A DNA stretch of 64,000 nucleotides from an uncultured Lactobacillus sp. (GCA_947641735.1 CANRQR010000003.1:8392-72391), one strand, 5' to 3'. Positions 42,905 through 52,472 are shown, counted from the first letter of the stretch. Numbers and translations are program-made. The notes: generated by a model from the sequence alone, not told the origin.

Positions 42905-43618
42905 TTATGAAATCCTTTTCTTTTTCATTAAAATTCTGTTACTCCGCCAAACTAGAATAAGTAAAATAACCTCTCCAATTAAAGGCAAAAAGATAATATT
43001 TAAAGAGGTGGCACTTGCAAATAACATATGCAAAACAACTGCTACTAAAATCATGATCCAAGAAGTCCATCTTCTAAACCATGGTTGCCAAATACTTCCT
43101 GCTAAGACGAGATAATATACACACAGAACAAAACCCAAAATAAGTAGCCAAGTTTGTCCTTGTACTGTAAAGATCTCAGCTCCCATAAGAGCTGCAAAGC
43201 CGCTGATATAGGCTAAATATGCTAAAACCAGCATCATGACAAGTCTAATGATTAAAAGCTCACTATTTTTTTGCTTCATGACTAAATTATTTTTAAAAAT
43301 TACCATTCCAATCCAAGTTAGTAAAAGCAAAGCAATCACTAGACCAATAGTAAAATTCATTGCCATTTGATTAGTCATGAAAAAGACAATAATCAAAATC
43401 AAACCTAATTCATAGTAAAAATTAAGTGCAAAAATACTGCTCTTTAGCTCCATTGGTAGCCAAAGTAAAACTATCGCAATAATAAAAAAGATGGCACATC
43501 TACCTTTGAGCCCTTGATCAACTAGAGCATAGTTAGGTACATAGACCAAAATAGCAGCCAAAACTCCTAAAAGAGATAAAGCAATCTTTATCCACATATC
43601 TTTTGTTAATTTTTTCAT
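42905..43618 (-). CDS. Hypothetical multi-pass membrane protein
   Basis: 237-aa highly hydrophobic ORF with GGAG RBS. Confidence 0.7.
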   Translation of the reverse strand: MKKLTKDMWIKIALSLLGVLAAILVYVPNYALVDQGLKGRCAIFFIIAIVLLWLPMELKSSIFALNFYYELGLILIIVFFMTNQMAMNFTIGLVIALLLLTWIGMVIFKNNLVMKQKNSELLIIRLVMMLVLAYLAYISGFAALMGAEIFTVQGQTWLLILGFVLCVYYLVLAGSIWQPWFRRWTSWIMILVAVVLHMLFASATSLNIIFLPLIGEVILLILVWRSNRILMKKKRIS

Positions 43619-43852
43619 TCGTAAATTCTCCCTTGTTCAAATTATCGCACTTTTCAAATTTAGAATCTTCAAAAAATTACTTACGAGAAAAAATTTTTTC
43701 TGTTAGTATGATCAGCGACCTTTTTTAGAAATTAAATACAGGAGGAATTTTTTGGAAGAAGTACAATCACAAACAAGTCTAACTTAAAGAATACTAACTT
43801 TTGTTATCAAAAAAGACCGAAGCTCCACGTGAACTTCGGTCTTTTATTACGT

Positions 43853-44785
43853 TTATTTTTTCTCTTTAATAATATAAATTGGTCGATTCTTAACTTGAAT
43901 ATATACCCTACCAATATATTTACCTAAAATACCAATGCAGAGAAGTTGTAAGCCACCCAGTAACAATATAATGCATACCATTGAAGCCCAACCAAAAATG
44001 CTTGAACCTGGGTAAAGCACACGGCGGATAATCACTGCTATCAATCCAATAATTGATAAAATAAATGATCCTGTACCAATCCATACAGCCAAGTTAAGTG
44101 GAGCCTGAGAAAAGTCGGCAATCCCATCCATGGCATATTTGAATAACTTCCAAGTGTTCCAGTCACTTTCACCAGCAACACGTTCAACATTGTGATAGTC
44201 TAAGTATTTGGTCTTAAATCCAACCCAAGAGAAAATTCCCTTTGAAAAACGGTTGTATTCAGGCATATTTAAAACTGCGTCTACCATTTGACGAGTCATC
44301 ATTCGATAGTCACGAGCCCCTGGTACGATTTCAGTATCAGATATCTTATTAACTACCTTATAAAACATATCGCTTAAGAAGGACTTAAATTTAGCTTCTC
44401 CGGTACGATCCACTCTACGGGTTCCAATACAGTCGTATTCTCCGGTTTTAATTAGATCATACATTTGTGGTAAGAACTTAGGAGGATCTTGTAAGTCAAC
44501 ATCCATTACAACCACATAATCTCCAGTTGCCGCTTGAAGTCCAGCGTAAAGAGCAGATTCCTTACCAAAGTTTCTTGAAAATGAAACAAAGTGTACATGC
44601 TCTGGATCCTTCTTGCGTAGTTCTCTAATTTCTTTTAGGGTATTATCCTTCGATCCATCGTTAATAAACCAATATTCTGGTTCTAGATCAGGAATAGTGT
44701 CCATTACTTTATTCACTGCGGGATAAAAAAGTGGTACAGATTCCTCTTCATTATAACAAGGAACTATAATTGATAATTTTTTCAT
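43853..44785 (-). CDS. GT2 undecaprenyl-phosphate glycosyltransferase (GtrB/CsbB-like)
   Basis: IVPCYNEEE, NDGSKD, SRNFGKE, DVDLQDPP, two C-terminal TMs, RPIYII. Confidence 0.92.
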   Translation of the reverse strand: MKKLSIIVPCYNEEESVPLFYPAVNKVMDTIPDLEPEYWFINDGSKDNTLKEIRELRKKDPEHVHFVSFSRNFGKESALYAGLQAATGDYVVVMDVDLQDPPKFLPQMYDLIKTGEYDCIGTRRVDRTGEAKFKSFLSDMFYKVVNKISDTEIVPGARDYRMMTRQMVDAVLNMPEYNRFSKGIFSWVGFKTKYLDYHNVERVAGESDWNTWKLFKYAMDGIADFSQAPLNLAVWIGTGSFILSIIGLIAVIIRRVLYPGSSIFGWASMVCIILLLGGLQLLCIGILGKYIGRVYIQVKNRPIYIIKEKK

Positions 44786-44804
44786 ACTTTAACAGTCTTT
44801 CTTA

Positions 44805-45242
44805 TTACTTTCTAACGTCTACTTTTGGTTTAGTAGTTTTAATTTTTCTAAAGGTAAGTAACTTATTAATTACAAATTGGATCAAGGTAGCGATAAATGT
44901 AGAAACAGCCTTTACAATCAATTGATTATAGCCAAGTTGAGTTACAAAAATAAATAGGCAGACAGTTGTAAACAAAGTTGTAATTTGTCCTACTAAATAA
45001 TAGGAAATAAATCTTACTAATAATTTATCGTGAACCTTAAAGTTAAGAAAACTATTCCAGAAAAAGTTGTTGATCAACCCACAAGATGATGAAATAAAAT
45101 TAGCTACTTCGACTTGCATCTTAAAATGAGTTAGAATGGCAAAAATTCCAAAGTCAACACCTAATCCTAACACACCAATTAATACATAAATTATTAACTG
45201 TCGCAAGTCTTCATTATGAAGTATTCTTTTAAAAATACCCAC
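44805..45242 (-). CDS. GtrA family flippase
   Basis: 4-TM, YVLIGVLGLGVDF, NFFWN, FVINKLLTF; adjacent to the GT2 gene. Confidence 0.88.
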   Translation of the reverse strand: MGIFKRILHNEDLRQLIIYVLIGVLGLGVDFGIFAILTHFKMQVEVANFISSSCGLINNFFWNSFLNFKVHDKLLVRFISYYLVGQITTLFTTVCLFIFVTQLGYNQLIVKAVSTFIATLIQFVINKLLTFRKIKTTKPKVDVRK

Positions 45243-45425
45243 GGCTTATTTTCCCTTCTTTAATCAATCATTACTTATTTTAAACTAATTCTTTTTAAAA
45301 TACTTTCTTTTTGACAAATTATTAATAATTTAATACAATATACTTACTTTAAGTTAGCTCAAATTAGTCATTTTTTATTCTTAATTAAACTATTTTTTAT
45401 ACTCTATATTCGAAAGGAAAGATAT

Positions 45426-45683
45426 ATGGCAAAAAAATCCAAAATCGTTAAGGCTGCTAAGCAGCGTGAATTAATCAAGAAATACTATGAATTAAAAGAA
45501 GCTGGTGACGTAGAAGCATTAGCAAAATTACCGCTTGATGCTCACCCAACTCACTACCATAACCGTGATTTACATGATGGTAGACCACATGGTTATATGC
45601 GTAAGTTTGGTATGTCACGTTTACGCTTTAAAGAATTAGCACACAAGGGACAACTTCCTGGTGTGCGCAAAGCTAGTTGGTAA
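45426..45683 (+). CDS. rpsN: 30S ribosomal protein S14, Zn-independent (C-) form
   Basis: MAKKSK..., [25 protein letters not shown]; no CxxC. Confidence 0.95.
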   Translation: MAKKSKIVKAAKQRELIKKYYELKEAGDVEALAKLPLDAHPTHYHNRDLHDGRPHGYMRKFGMSRLRFKELAHKGQLPGVRKASW

Positions 45684-45737
45684 AATTATAAAACTAGTTC
45701 TTAGTTAAATCAAAATTTAAACATATAGTCACACTTT

Positions 45738-45764
45738 AGACATTCCTGATGGAATGTCTTTTTT
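45738..45764 (+). terminator. Terminator of rpsN
   Basis: agacattcc-tgat-ggaatgtct-tttt. Confidence 0.8.
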
Positions 45765-45903
45765 GTGTTTAATACTACAAATTCTCAATTTATATTTTGA
45801 TATAATTTTTATTAGGCTTTTATAGATAGCTGATATAAGGGCTTAGTAACTTTTCATGGCTCTACACCCCTCACATATATTTTAGGTTACGGAGGTGGAA
45901 GCC

Positions 45904-46048
45904 ATGATAATTTGGATAGGCTGGAGTGTTGGTGTGCCTTGATAATAGCTGCTATTGCTATCGGCATGTCTTAAACGCATTGGGTATTTTCCTAATCCGT
46001 GCAGCAATTGCTTATGCAATAACAAAAAAGGCTAATCACAAGGATTAG
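45904..46048 (+). pseudogene. Putative type I toxin (small hydrophobic peptide) broken by two -1 frameshifts
   Basis: GGAGGT RBS + ATG 45904; three consecutive frames give MIIWIGWSVGV / LIIAAIAIGM / LNALGIFLIRAAIAYAITKKANHKD*. Confidence 0.65.
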
Positions 46049-46113
46049 CCACACAATCAGTCATCTTAAGTTACGATTGGAGGTAGAGACTCGCACTCTC
46101 TATCTCCTTTTCT
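46024..46113 (-). ncRNA. Putative antisense antitoxin sRNA (~90 nt)
   Basis: - strand promoter ATGACA (46148-46143) -17 bp- TATAAT (46125-46120); - strand terminator ggctaatc-cttgt-gattagcc-U6 (46050-46025). Confidence 0.65.
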
Positions 46114-46116
46114 TTT
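46079..46116 (+). terminator. Terminator of putative toxin mRNA
   Basis: ggaggtagaga...tctctatctcc-ttttctttt. Confidence 0.7.
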
Positions 46117-46177
46117 ACAATTATATAAGATTTTTAAGGAGATGTCATCATTAATATATTTCAGCTTTGTCTGGTAA

Positions 46178-46570
46178 TTATTGATAATTCAATTTTTCCC
46201 TAAGTGCTTCTGTTAATACTTTGGAAAAATTAATTTTCTTTTTCTCAGCTTGGAGAGCTAGCTTAGCAGGTACAGTTACATTTTTTCTAACAGTTTTTTC
46301 AAAGTTAGCTGCTGATTTTGTTAGATCAGTCGATACTAATGCGACAAAAGCGCCAGGATCCTCTATTTTAATCTCAGCGGGATCAGTCATTTTTGGCAAT
46401 TTCTTTTCATCAAACAAAATTGTTCCCCAAGCATCTGCTGCCATTTCAAAAGCATCTTTTAGTCCATGCCCTTCAGTAATGGCTCCCTTAACATCGGGAA
46501 AACTAATAAAGTAAACATTATCTTCAATTGGTTTAAAGATTACTGGATATGTTACAATTCTTTCTTTCAT
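46178..46570 (-). CDS. HicB-family antitoxin (solo)
   Basis: YPVIF, ISFPDVKGAITEG..AFEMAADA, C-terminal RHH (KNVTVP...INFSKVLTEAL). Confidence 0.85.
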   Translation of the reverse strand: MKERIVTYPVIFKPIEDNVYFISFPDVKGAITEGHGLKDAFEMAADAWGTILFDEKKLPKMTDPAEIKIEDPGAFVALVSTDLTKSAANFEKTVRKNVTVPAKLALQAEKKKINFSKVLTEALREKLNYQ

Positions 46571-46585
46571 GATTATCCCTCTCAA

Positions 46586-46619
46586 CAAAAAAGCTCCGAC
46601 TTTCGTCGGAGCTTCTTTT
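46586..46619 (-). terminator. Terminator of gpmA
   Basis: agctccgac-tttc-gtcggagct with flanking A/T runs. Confidence 0.85.
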
Positions 46620-46635
46620 ACTCAAGAACTAAAAA

Positions 46636-47328
46636 TTAGTCGTCAAGCTTTTCTTTGTTAACAACATCTAACTTGTCGTCAAATGTGTAAACAACTGGTT
46701 CACCAGTCTTCATTTCTAAGTCCATGATGTCATCATCAGAGATGTTTTCAATGTACTTAGTTAAAGCACGTAGTGAATTACCGTGAGCAGCAATAATAAC
46801 GTTCTTGCCGTCAAGTAAATCTGGAGCAATGTGATCTTCCCAGAATGGCATTACACGATCTAAAGTAACGTGTAAGTTTTCTGCCTTAGGAACGATATGT
46901 GGATCAAGATTTGCGTAACGACGGTCATGTGCTTGACTGTATTCGTTATCGTCATCAATAGCTGGTGGCAAAACATCGTATGAACGACGCCAAATGTGAA
47001 CTTGTTCGTCACCGTACTTTTCAGCAGTATCCTTCTTGTTTAAACCTTGAAGAGCACCGTAATGACGTTCGTTTAATCTCCAAGTTTTAGTTTCTGGAAT
47101 CCAAAGTTGGTCACTTTCTTCAAGTGCGTAGTGCAAAGTCTTGATAGCACGAGTTAATAATGAAGTGTAAGCTTGATCAAATTCAAGACCGTGTTCCTTG
47201 ATTAAACGACCAGCTTTTTTAGCTTCTTCAACACCTTTTTCTGAAAGGTTTACATCAACCCAACCAGTAAATTGGTTGGAAAGGTTCCATTCACTTTGAC
47301 CGTGACGAATTAAAACTAATTTCGACAT
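46636..47328 (-). CDS. gpmA: 2,3-BPG-dependent phosphoglycerate mutase
   Basis: [26 protein letters not shown]. Confidence 0.97.
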   Translation of the reverse strand: MSKLVLIRHGQSEWNLSNQFTGWVDVNLSEKGVEEAKKAGRLIKEHGLEFDQAYTSLLTRAIKTLHYALEESDQLWIPETKTWRLNERHYGALQGLNKKDTAEKYGDEQVHIWRRSYDVLPPAIDDDNEYSQAHDRRYANLDPHIVPKAENLHVTLDRVMPFWEDHIAPDLLDGKNVIIAAHGNSLRALTKYIENISDDDIMDLEMKTGEPVVYTFDDKLDVVNKEKLDD

Positions 47329-47489
47329 GAACTGTATCTCCTTTAAAATTCAATGTTTCACTAACTATTTTACACGCTTATTCAAAATTTTCATAGGAAT
47401 TACGAAAAAAAGCTTGATTAATTCACAAAATATTTAATGTTAAAATAACGATAGATATATTAATTTTGATGAATTGGAAGTATTTAATT

Positions 47490-47912
47490 ATGGAAAATAT
47501 CAAGTTAGATGGTGGGCATCTCTCACTTGAACAGCTAAATGCAATTTTTAGAACAATTCCACAAGAAATGGACGTTTTAGATGAAAACGACCGTGTTGTC
47601 TGGTCCTCTATGAATGAGAATCGCCTATTTAAGCGTACTGAAAAAGACATAGGTAAGACTGTTTTTGAAGTGCATCCCGGCCACAGTCAAAAGCATGTTA
47701 AGGAAGTTCTAGATCAAATGCACGCCGGCAAGCGTAAAAACATTTCAATTATGATTACCAAAAATAAACAACCAATTAACATTTCCTTCTATAGTCTTCA
47801 TAATGAATATGGTAAATATATTGGCTGCATTGAAGTAACCCAAGCAGTAAGCAACTTACAAGTTAAAGGCAGTAAATTGCGCAATATTTTAAATGTCCTT
47901 AAAAAGCACTAA
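47490..47912 (+). CDS. Stand-alone PAS-domain protein
   Basis: LNAIFRTIPQEMDVLDENDRV...IGKTVFEVHP...GKYIGCIEVTQ. Confidence 0.75.
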   Translation: MENIKLDGGHLSLEQLNAIFRTIPQEMDVLDENDRVVWSSMNENRLFKRTEKDIGKTVFEVHPGHSQKHVKEVLDQMHAGKRKNISIMITKNKQPINISFYSLHNEYGKYIGCIEVTQAVSNLQVKGSKLRNILNVLKKH

Positions 47913-47997
47913 AGTTAAGCTCTTAGAATGCTTTTTTCAGCCAAAAATAGAGTAAAATAAAATAAGATAGATACATTTATTGGGGGAATATATTTTT

Positions 47998-48825
47998 ATG
48001 AAGAAAAAATTCAGCTTCCTAATTTTATTGGGAGTAATTTTAGTTTCTTTAACTACAGCTTGTTCAAATAAAAACAGTAAACAAACAAAGAGTACTGAAC
48101 CTTCTGCAAGCTCATTAATCAATGCGAAATTTAATTCTAGCTTTGCTAACGGTCACTTCACTCAAACTACTAATTCTGATGAAATGAACCAAAAGTCAAA
48201 ATCAGAAGGTTTATTCAAAGACAAAGGTGATGTAACTAACCTTACTTATACCTTAACTCAAAAGAAAAAATCTCAAACTGAACAAATGTGGCTTACCACG
48301 AGGGACATGTACTTACTTTTAGAGCAAAACAAGGGTCATTGGATTAAAAACTCAATTGATGCAGACACTTTTGATCCTGATCAAGTAAAGGAAAGATTCG
48401 ATCCTGCAACTTTTAAGAAAATTAACAAAGCTTTAGCTCAAAAAGCCACTGTTCAAAGAAAAAATGGAACTTATGAAATTAGTTTTGATGGTACCGACGC
48501 TAATCTATGGAATGCAGTCAATCCTTTAATTATCGATGCCATGAACACTCCTGGTTCTCAAAATATGCAGGTAGCCCGCTTAGTAAAATCAGCTCAAGTT
48601 CAAAATCTTAAGATCACTTATTTAATTGATCCAACTACCAAAAATGTCGAATCAATGACCTTTAAGGCCCAATATACTGCTGGCGGAAAATATAACTTCA
48701 CTTGGAACCTAACTTACGACCAATTAGGTCAACACAGTGATTTAGCCGTTCCTTCTGACATTCAAAAGAATGCAATTAGTGCTGAAGACATCAAGAAAGC
48801 ACAAGAAGAACAAAATAATCAATAA
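47998..48825 (+). CDS. Lipoprotein (DUF6612/LppX-like pattern)
   Basis: Lipobox LTTAC; beta-rich; C-terminal YDQLG..LAVPSDIQKNA. Confidence 0.7.
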   Translation: MKKKFSFLILLGVILVSLTTACSNKNSKQTKSTEPSASSLINAKFNSSFANGHFTQTTNSDEMNQKSKSEGLFKDKGDVTNLTYTLTQKKKSQTEQMWLTTRDMYLLLEQNKGHWIKNSIDADTFDPDQVKERFDPATFKKINKALAQKATVQRKNGTYEISFDGTDANLWNAVNPLIIDAMNTPGSQNMQVARLVKSAQVQNLKITYLIDPTTKNVESMTFKAQYTAGGKYNFTWNLTYDQLGQHSDLAVPSDIQKNAISAEDIKKAQEEQNNQ

Positions 48826-48845
48826 TCATTTAGAAAGATACACTG

Positions 48846-49628
48846 ATGGAAAAAAATAAAATCAAAGATAAAAAGATTATTTTTTCTAACAATCAAGGCG
48901 GCAAAATTGCCGCTTTAATTTTAGGTATTATTATCCTAATCGTAGTAGTTTGGGGCGCAATTATTGCATTTAATAAGCCAAGCGTTAAAGATGCATTAAC
49001 TACGGCCGCCAATACCCAAATTGCTACTGCACGCGTTAATGTCAAAACTACCAATGCAAAGTCAAAAATGTATTCAAATTATGTCGTCGGTCCAGATAAT
49101 GCCATCCATATTACCATGAAAAGCATCCCTAAGTCTGATACTAATTCTGAGTTATGGGGTAACAAAGACTATGTTTACCACCGTGATGGCACGAAACAAT
49201 GGAATTACATTAAACAAAATGCCATCTTTAGTGAAGTTTATTCAGGCTATAAAAAGCTTTATACCGCACATGATTTCACCCAATTTTCTGACGATGCCTT
49301 TAAACATATGACCATTAAATCTAACGGATTCAATGGCTATATTATTTCTTATAAGGGTGATAATAGCGATGTAATTAAAAGCATGCAAAAAGCAACTACT
49401 GTCGCTCCCACTAGCGATCCACAGTCAACTAATGTTAAAAATATTGATTTAAGAATTTCTACTAATCGAAAAGAACAACTAACTGATATGTACTATAAAA
49501 TTACTTATAATACTAAGAAAGAAGGTACGCTCACCTTACATCTTTATGACATTAATAAAGTTAAAAAGTTAACCATACCTTCCTCAGTTACTAAAAATGC
49601 TAAAAAATTAAATTTTAAACTTAATTAA
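48846..49628 (+). CDS. Membrane-anchored protein, probable distant paralog of the upstream lipoprotein
   Basis: N-terminal TM; C-terminal YDINKVKKLTIPSSVTKNA. Confidence 0.65.
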   Translation: MEKNKIKDKKIIFSNNQGGKIAALILGIIILIVVVWGAIIAFNKPSVKDALTTAANTQIATARVNVKTTNAKSKMYSNYVVGPDNAIHITMKSIPKSDTNSELWGNKDYVYHRDGTKQWNYIKQNAIFSEVYSGYKKLYTAHDFTQFSDDAFKHMTIKSNGFNGYIISYKGDNSDVIKSMQKATTVAPTSDPQSTNVKNIDLRISTNRKEQLTDMYYKITYNTKKEGTLTLHLYDINKVKKLTIPSSVTKNAKKLNFKLN

Positions 49629-49641
49629 AGGAGATTACCTT

Positions 49642-50604
49642 ATGAAATTAGGTATTATTGGCTCAGGAAAAATTGTTCATGATTTTCTATCAATTGCTGA
49701 TCAAATCCCAGATCTTGAACTTGCGGCTCTTTCAACTACTAAAAAAAGCCATCAAATTGGTCTTGAATTGCAAGAAAAGTATAATATTTCAAAATTATAC
49801 GATAACAATACTGACCTATTTAATGATGCTAATGTCGATACTGTCTATGTAGCTGTTCCAAATAGTTTGCATTTTAGTATTGCCAAGGCCGCATTAGAAG
49901 CAGGAAAAAACGTCATTTGTGAAAAACCATTTGTTGCTACAACTGATGAAGCACGTGAATTAAAAGAAATTGCTGATAAAAACCAAGTAATTATTGTTGA
50001 GGCGATCACTAACATTTATTTAGAAAACTTTAAATTCATTGAAGATAACTTAGCTAAAATTGCCCCAATTCATGTTGTTAATCTTAATTACACTCAATAT
50101 TCAAGTCGCTATGATGCTTTCTTAGAAGGGGACATTCAACCAGCTTTCGATCCTAAAAAAGATGGTGGGGCTCTAATGGATTTAGGCATCTACAACTTAC
50201 ACATTATTATTAAATTATTTGGTAAGCCAGATTCTGTTAAATATTTCCCAACTATTCAAAAAAATATTGATACTTCTGGCATCCTTCACTTGGGCTATTC
50301 TGACAAACAAGCCAGTTCAATTGCAGCTAAAGATAGCTTTTCACCTAATGTCAGTACCATTGAAGGTGAAAAAGGTGCACTCATTATTTACGGCCATCCT
50401 AATGAAATGCCAAAAGTTGGCATCCAATTACGAGGAGAAGAGCCAAAAGTTGTTAACCACAACAAGTATTCTCATCGAATGATTGCTGAATTTATCGAAT
50501 TCACTAAGATTATTGATCAACATGATTTTACAGCTGCTGATCAAGCTTTTACCCATAGTCTAAATACCCTAGCTGTTTTACAAGAAGCGAAAAATCAACG
50601 TTAA
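49642..50604 (+). CDS. Gfo/Idh/MocA oxidoreductase
   Basis: GIIGSG, PNSLH, CEKP, GGALMDLGIY. Confidence 0.9.
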   Translation: MKLGIIGSGKIVHDFLSIADQIPDLELAALSTTKKSHQIGLELQEKYNISKLYDNNTDLFNDANVDTVYVAVPNSLHFSIAKAALEAGKNVICEKPFVATTDEARELKEIADKNQVIIVEAITNIYLENFKFIEDNLAKIAPIHVVNLNYTQYSSRYDAFLEGDIQPAFDPKKDGGALMDLGIYNLHIIIKLFGKPDSVKYFPTIQKNIDTSGILHLGYSDKQASSIAAKDSFSPNVSTIEGEKGALIIYGHPNEMPKVGIQLRGEEPKVVNHNKYSHRMIAEFIEFTKIIDQHDFTAADQAFTHSLNTLAVLQEAKNQR

Positions 50605-50645
50605 CAAAAAATGACAGGACTAAAAATCCTGTCATTTTTTTATAT

Positions 50646-52472
50646 TTAATTTCTTCTACCTAGTTCTTCTCTAATTCTTTCTGCATCTTCACCTTTAGCT
50701 GTAAAAATTAGATGATCTCCTACTTCAATGATTGTATTTCCATGTGGCACTAGCCATTTACCATTTCGCCAGATTCGACTAACAGTCATTTGTTCAATAA
50801 AGTCTAGATTCATCAATTTCTGACCAGCATACTTATGATTTCTAACCGTTACTTCAAACAAGCCATTCTTAGTATCTGTTAAAATTCTCAAAATTGAAGG
50901 TGATTCAATTAGAGCTCTTAAGACAGAAGTTTGAACATTGAAAATATTGTAAATTTCAATTTTTTCATTGATTAGTTTCTTAATTGTTTCAGGCTTTGGC
51001 CTCTCTTGACTAGCAATAACTCGTTGAACACCATGCTCTTTTGCTAAACGAGCAATTTTACGGTTTAAGTCATCTTCAATAAATCCAGCTACTAAAATAT
51101 CACAGTCAAAGACACCGGCCTTTTCTAAACATGCCTCTTCTAAGCTGTTAATTAACTTCAAATTAGCAACTTTACTCTTATAAGTATCATAGTTTTCTTT
51201 TTTATGGGTTACTAATAATACATCATACCAATTATCATGAAGCTCCTGAGCAACAGGCACCGTCATTACATTGGTTCCCATCATGACAACTCGTTGCTTA
51301 ATTTTATCTTCTTTAGTTAATTTAAAGAGAGAATTAAATAGAATTGGACCTAAGATACATACGACTACGGCTGCCAAAATAAAAGCATCTGATTGAGTTT
51401 CAGTAATTGCATTTAACTTACGAGCAACCTCTAATGTTGGAAGTACAATCGTAATTGTAGTCATAATTAAAAATGTACCCGCAAGACTGTTACGTTTATT
51501 GAAATTTCGTGTATAAACCAAAAATATAGGTAATTTGGCTAAAAGTAAGAACAATACTAAAACTGGGATTAACATTAAAGCATTTGGATTAGCCAGAAGT
51601 GACTTCAAATCCAGCTTAACCCCCGTAGTAATAAAGAAAATTGGAATAAAGAATCCATAACCAATAGAAGTTAGCTTATCCATTGTGGCTTCACTTGGTT
51701 CAAGTAACTTCATAACCATCCCAGCTAAAAAGGCACCTAAAATATTTTCTGCTCCTACACGTTCTGCGACTGTTACTAGGGTAAATATTAAGAAGAAGGC
51801 CAATCGAATATCTAGTTGAGTAGTTGCTTTAGAGATCTTATTAAACCATTGATACGGCTGTTTGAATCGTCTCAATAAGATAATTGCTACTAGGAAAAGC
51901 AGAACAATAAGCCATAATCTTCCAGCATTCCCACCGTTAATTGAAGCATAGATAGTCAACAGCAATAAGGGAATTACTTCTCCTAGAACGGCTGTTAATA
52001 ATATGGTCTGCCCAATCGGTCGAGATAAGATTTCTTTTTCTTTTAAAGTTGCAATTACCACTCCTAAGGCTACAGTCATAAAAATAATCATAGCCAGCAT
52101 AACGTCATTAAATAAGCCTATTAATTTTAGAATATAAGCTAAAGCAAATGCCGTTATTGTAATAGCAGTAAAAGCAATAATTGCTATTCGTGCTGGATTA
52201 ATTTCACTCTGTTTAGACTCAGGTAAATCCTTCTTTTTAAAAAGATCAAAATTAATTTCCATACCTGATAGAAACATCAGCAAAATCACACCTAAATTTG
52301 ATAGAAGCGATACGCTGCTTGTGATTTTTATGGTATCTAATAAGCTTTTTCCTAGAATTATTCCAGTCACAATCTCAGCAACTGCCGTTGGTACAGCATT
52401 AATCCTAAATCGCGCCATAACGATTGGAATTACTAAAGCTGCTAAACTAACAATAAATATAGATAGATCCAC
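50646..52472 (-). CDS. CPA2 monovalent cation:proton antiporter with TrkA (RCK) domains
   Basis: MFLSGMEI, ILGAFLAG, GYGFFIPIFF; C-terminal RCK-N/RCK-C; GTG start. Confidence 0.88.
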   Translation of the reverse strand: MDLSIFIVSLAALVIPIVMARFRINAVPTAVAEIVTGIILGKSLLDTIKITSSVSLLSNLGVILLMFLSGMEINFDLFKKKDLPESKQSEINPARIAIIAFTAITITAFALAYILKLIGLFNDVMLAMIIFMTVALGVVIATLKEKEILSRPIGQTILLTAVLGEVIPLLLLTIYASINGGNAGRLWLIVLLFLVAIILLRRFKQPYQWFNKISKATTQLDIRLAFFLIFTLVTVAERVGAENILGAFLAGMVMKLLEPSEATMDKLTSIGYGFFIPIFFITTGVKLDLKSLLANPNALMLIPVLVLFLLLAKLPIFLVYTRNFNKRNSLAGTFLIMTTITIVLPTLEVARKLNAITETQSDAFILAAVVVCILGPILFNSLFKLTKEDKIKQRVVMMGTNVMTVPVAQELHDNWYDVLLVTHKKENYDTYKSKVANLKLINSLEEACLEKAGVFDCDILVAGFIEDDLNRKIARLAKEHGVQRVIASQERPKPETIKKLINEKIEIYNIFNVQTSVLRALIESPSILRILTDTKNGLFEVTVRNHKYAGQKLMNLDFIEQMTVSRIWRNGKWLVPHGNTIIEVGDHLIFTAKGEDAERIREELGRRN

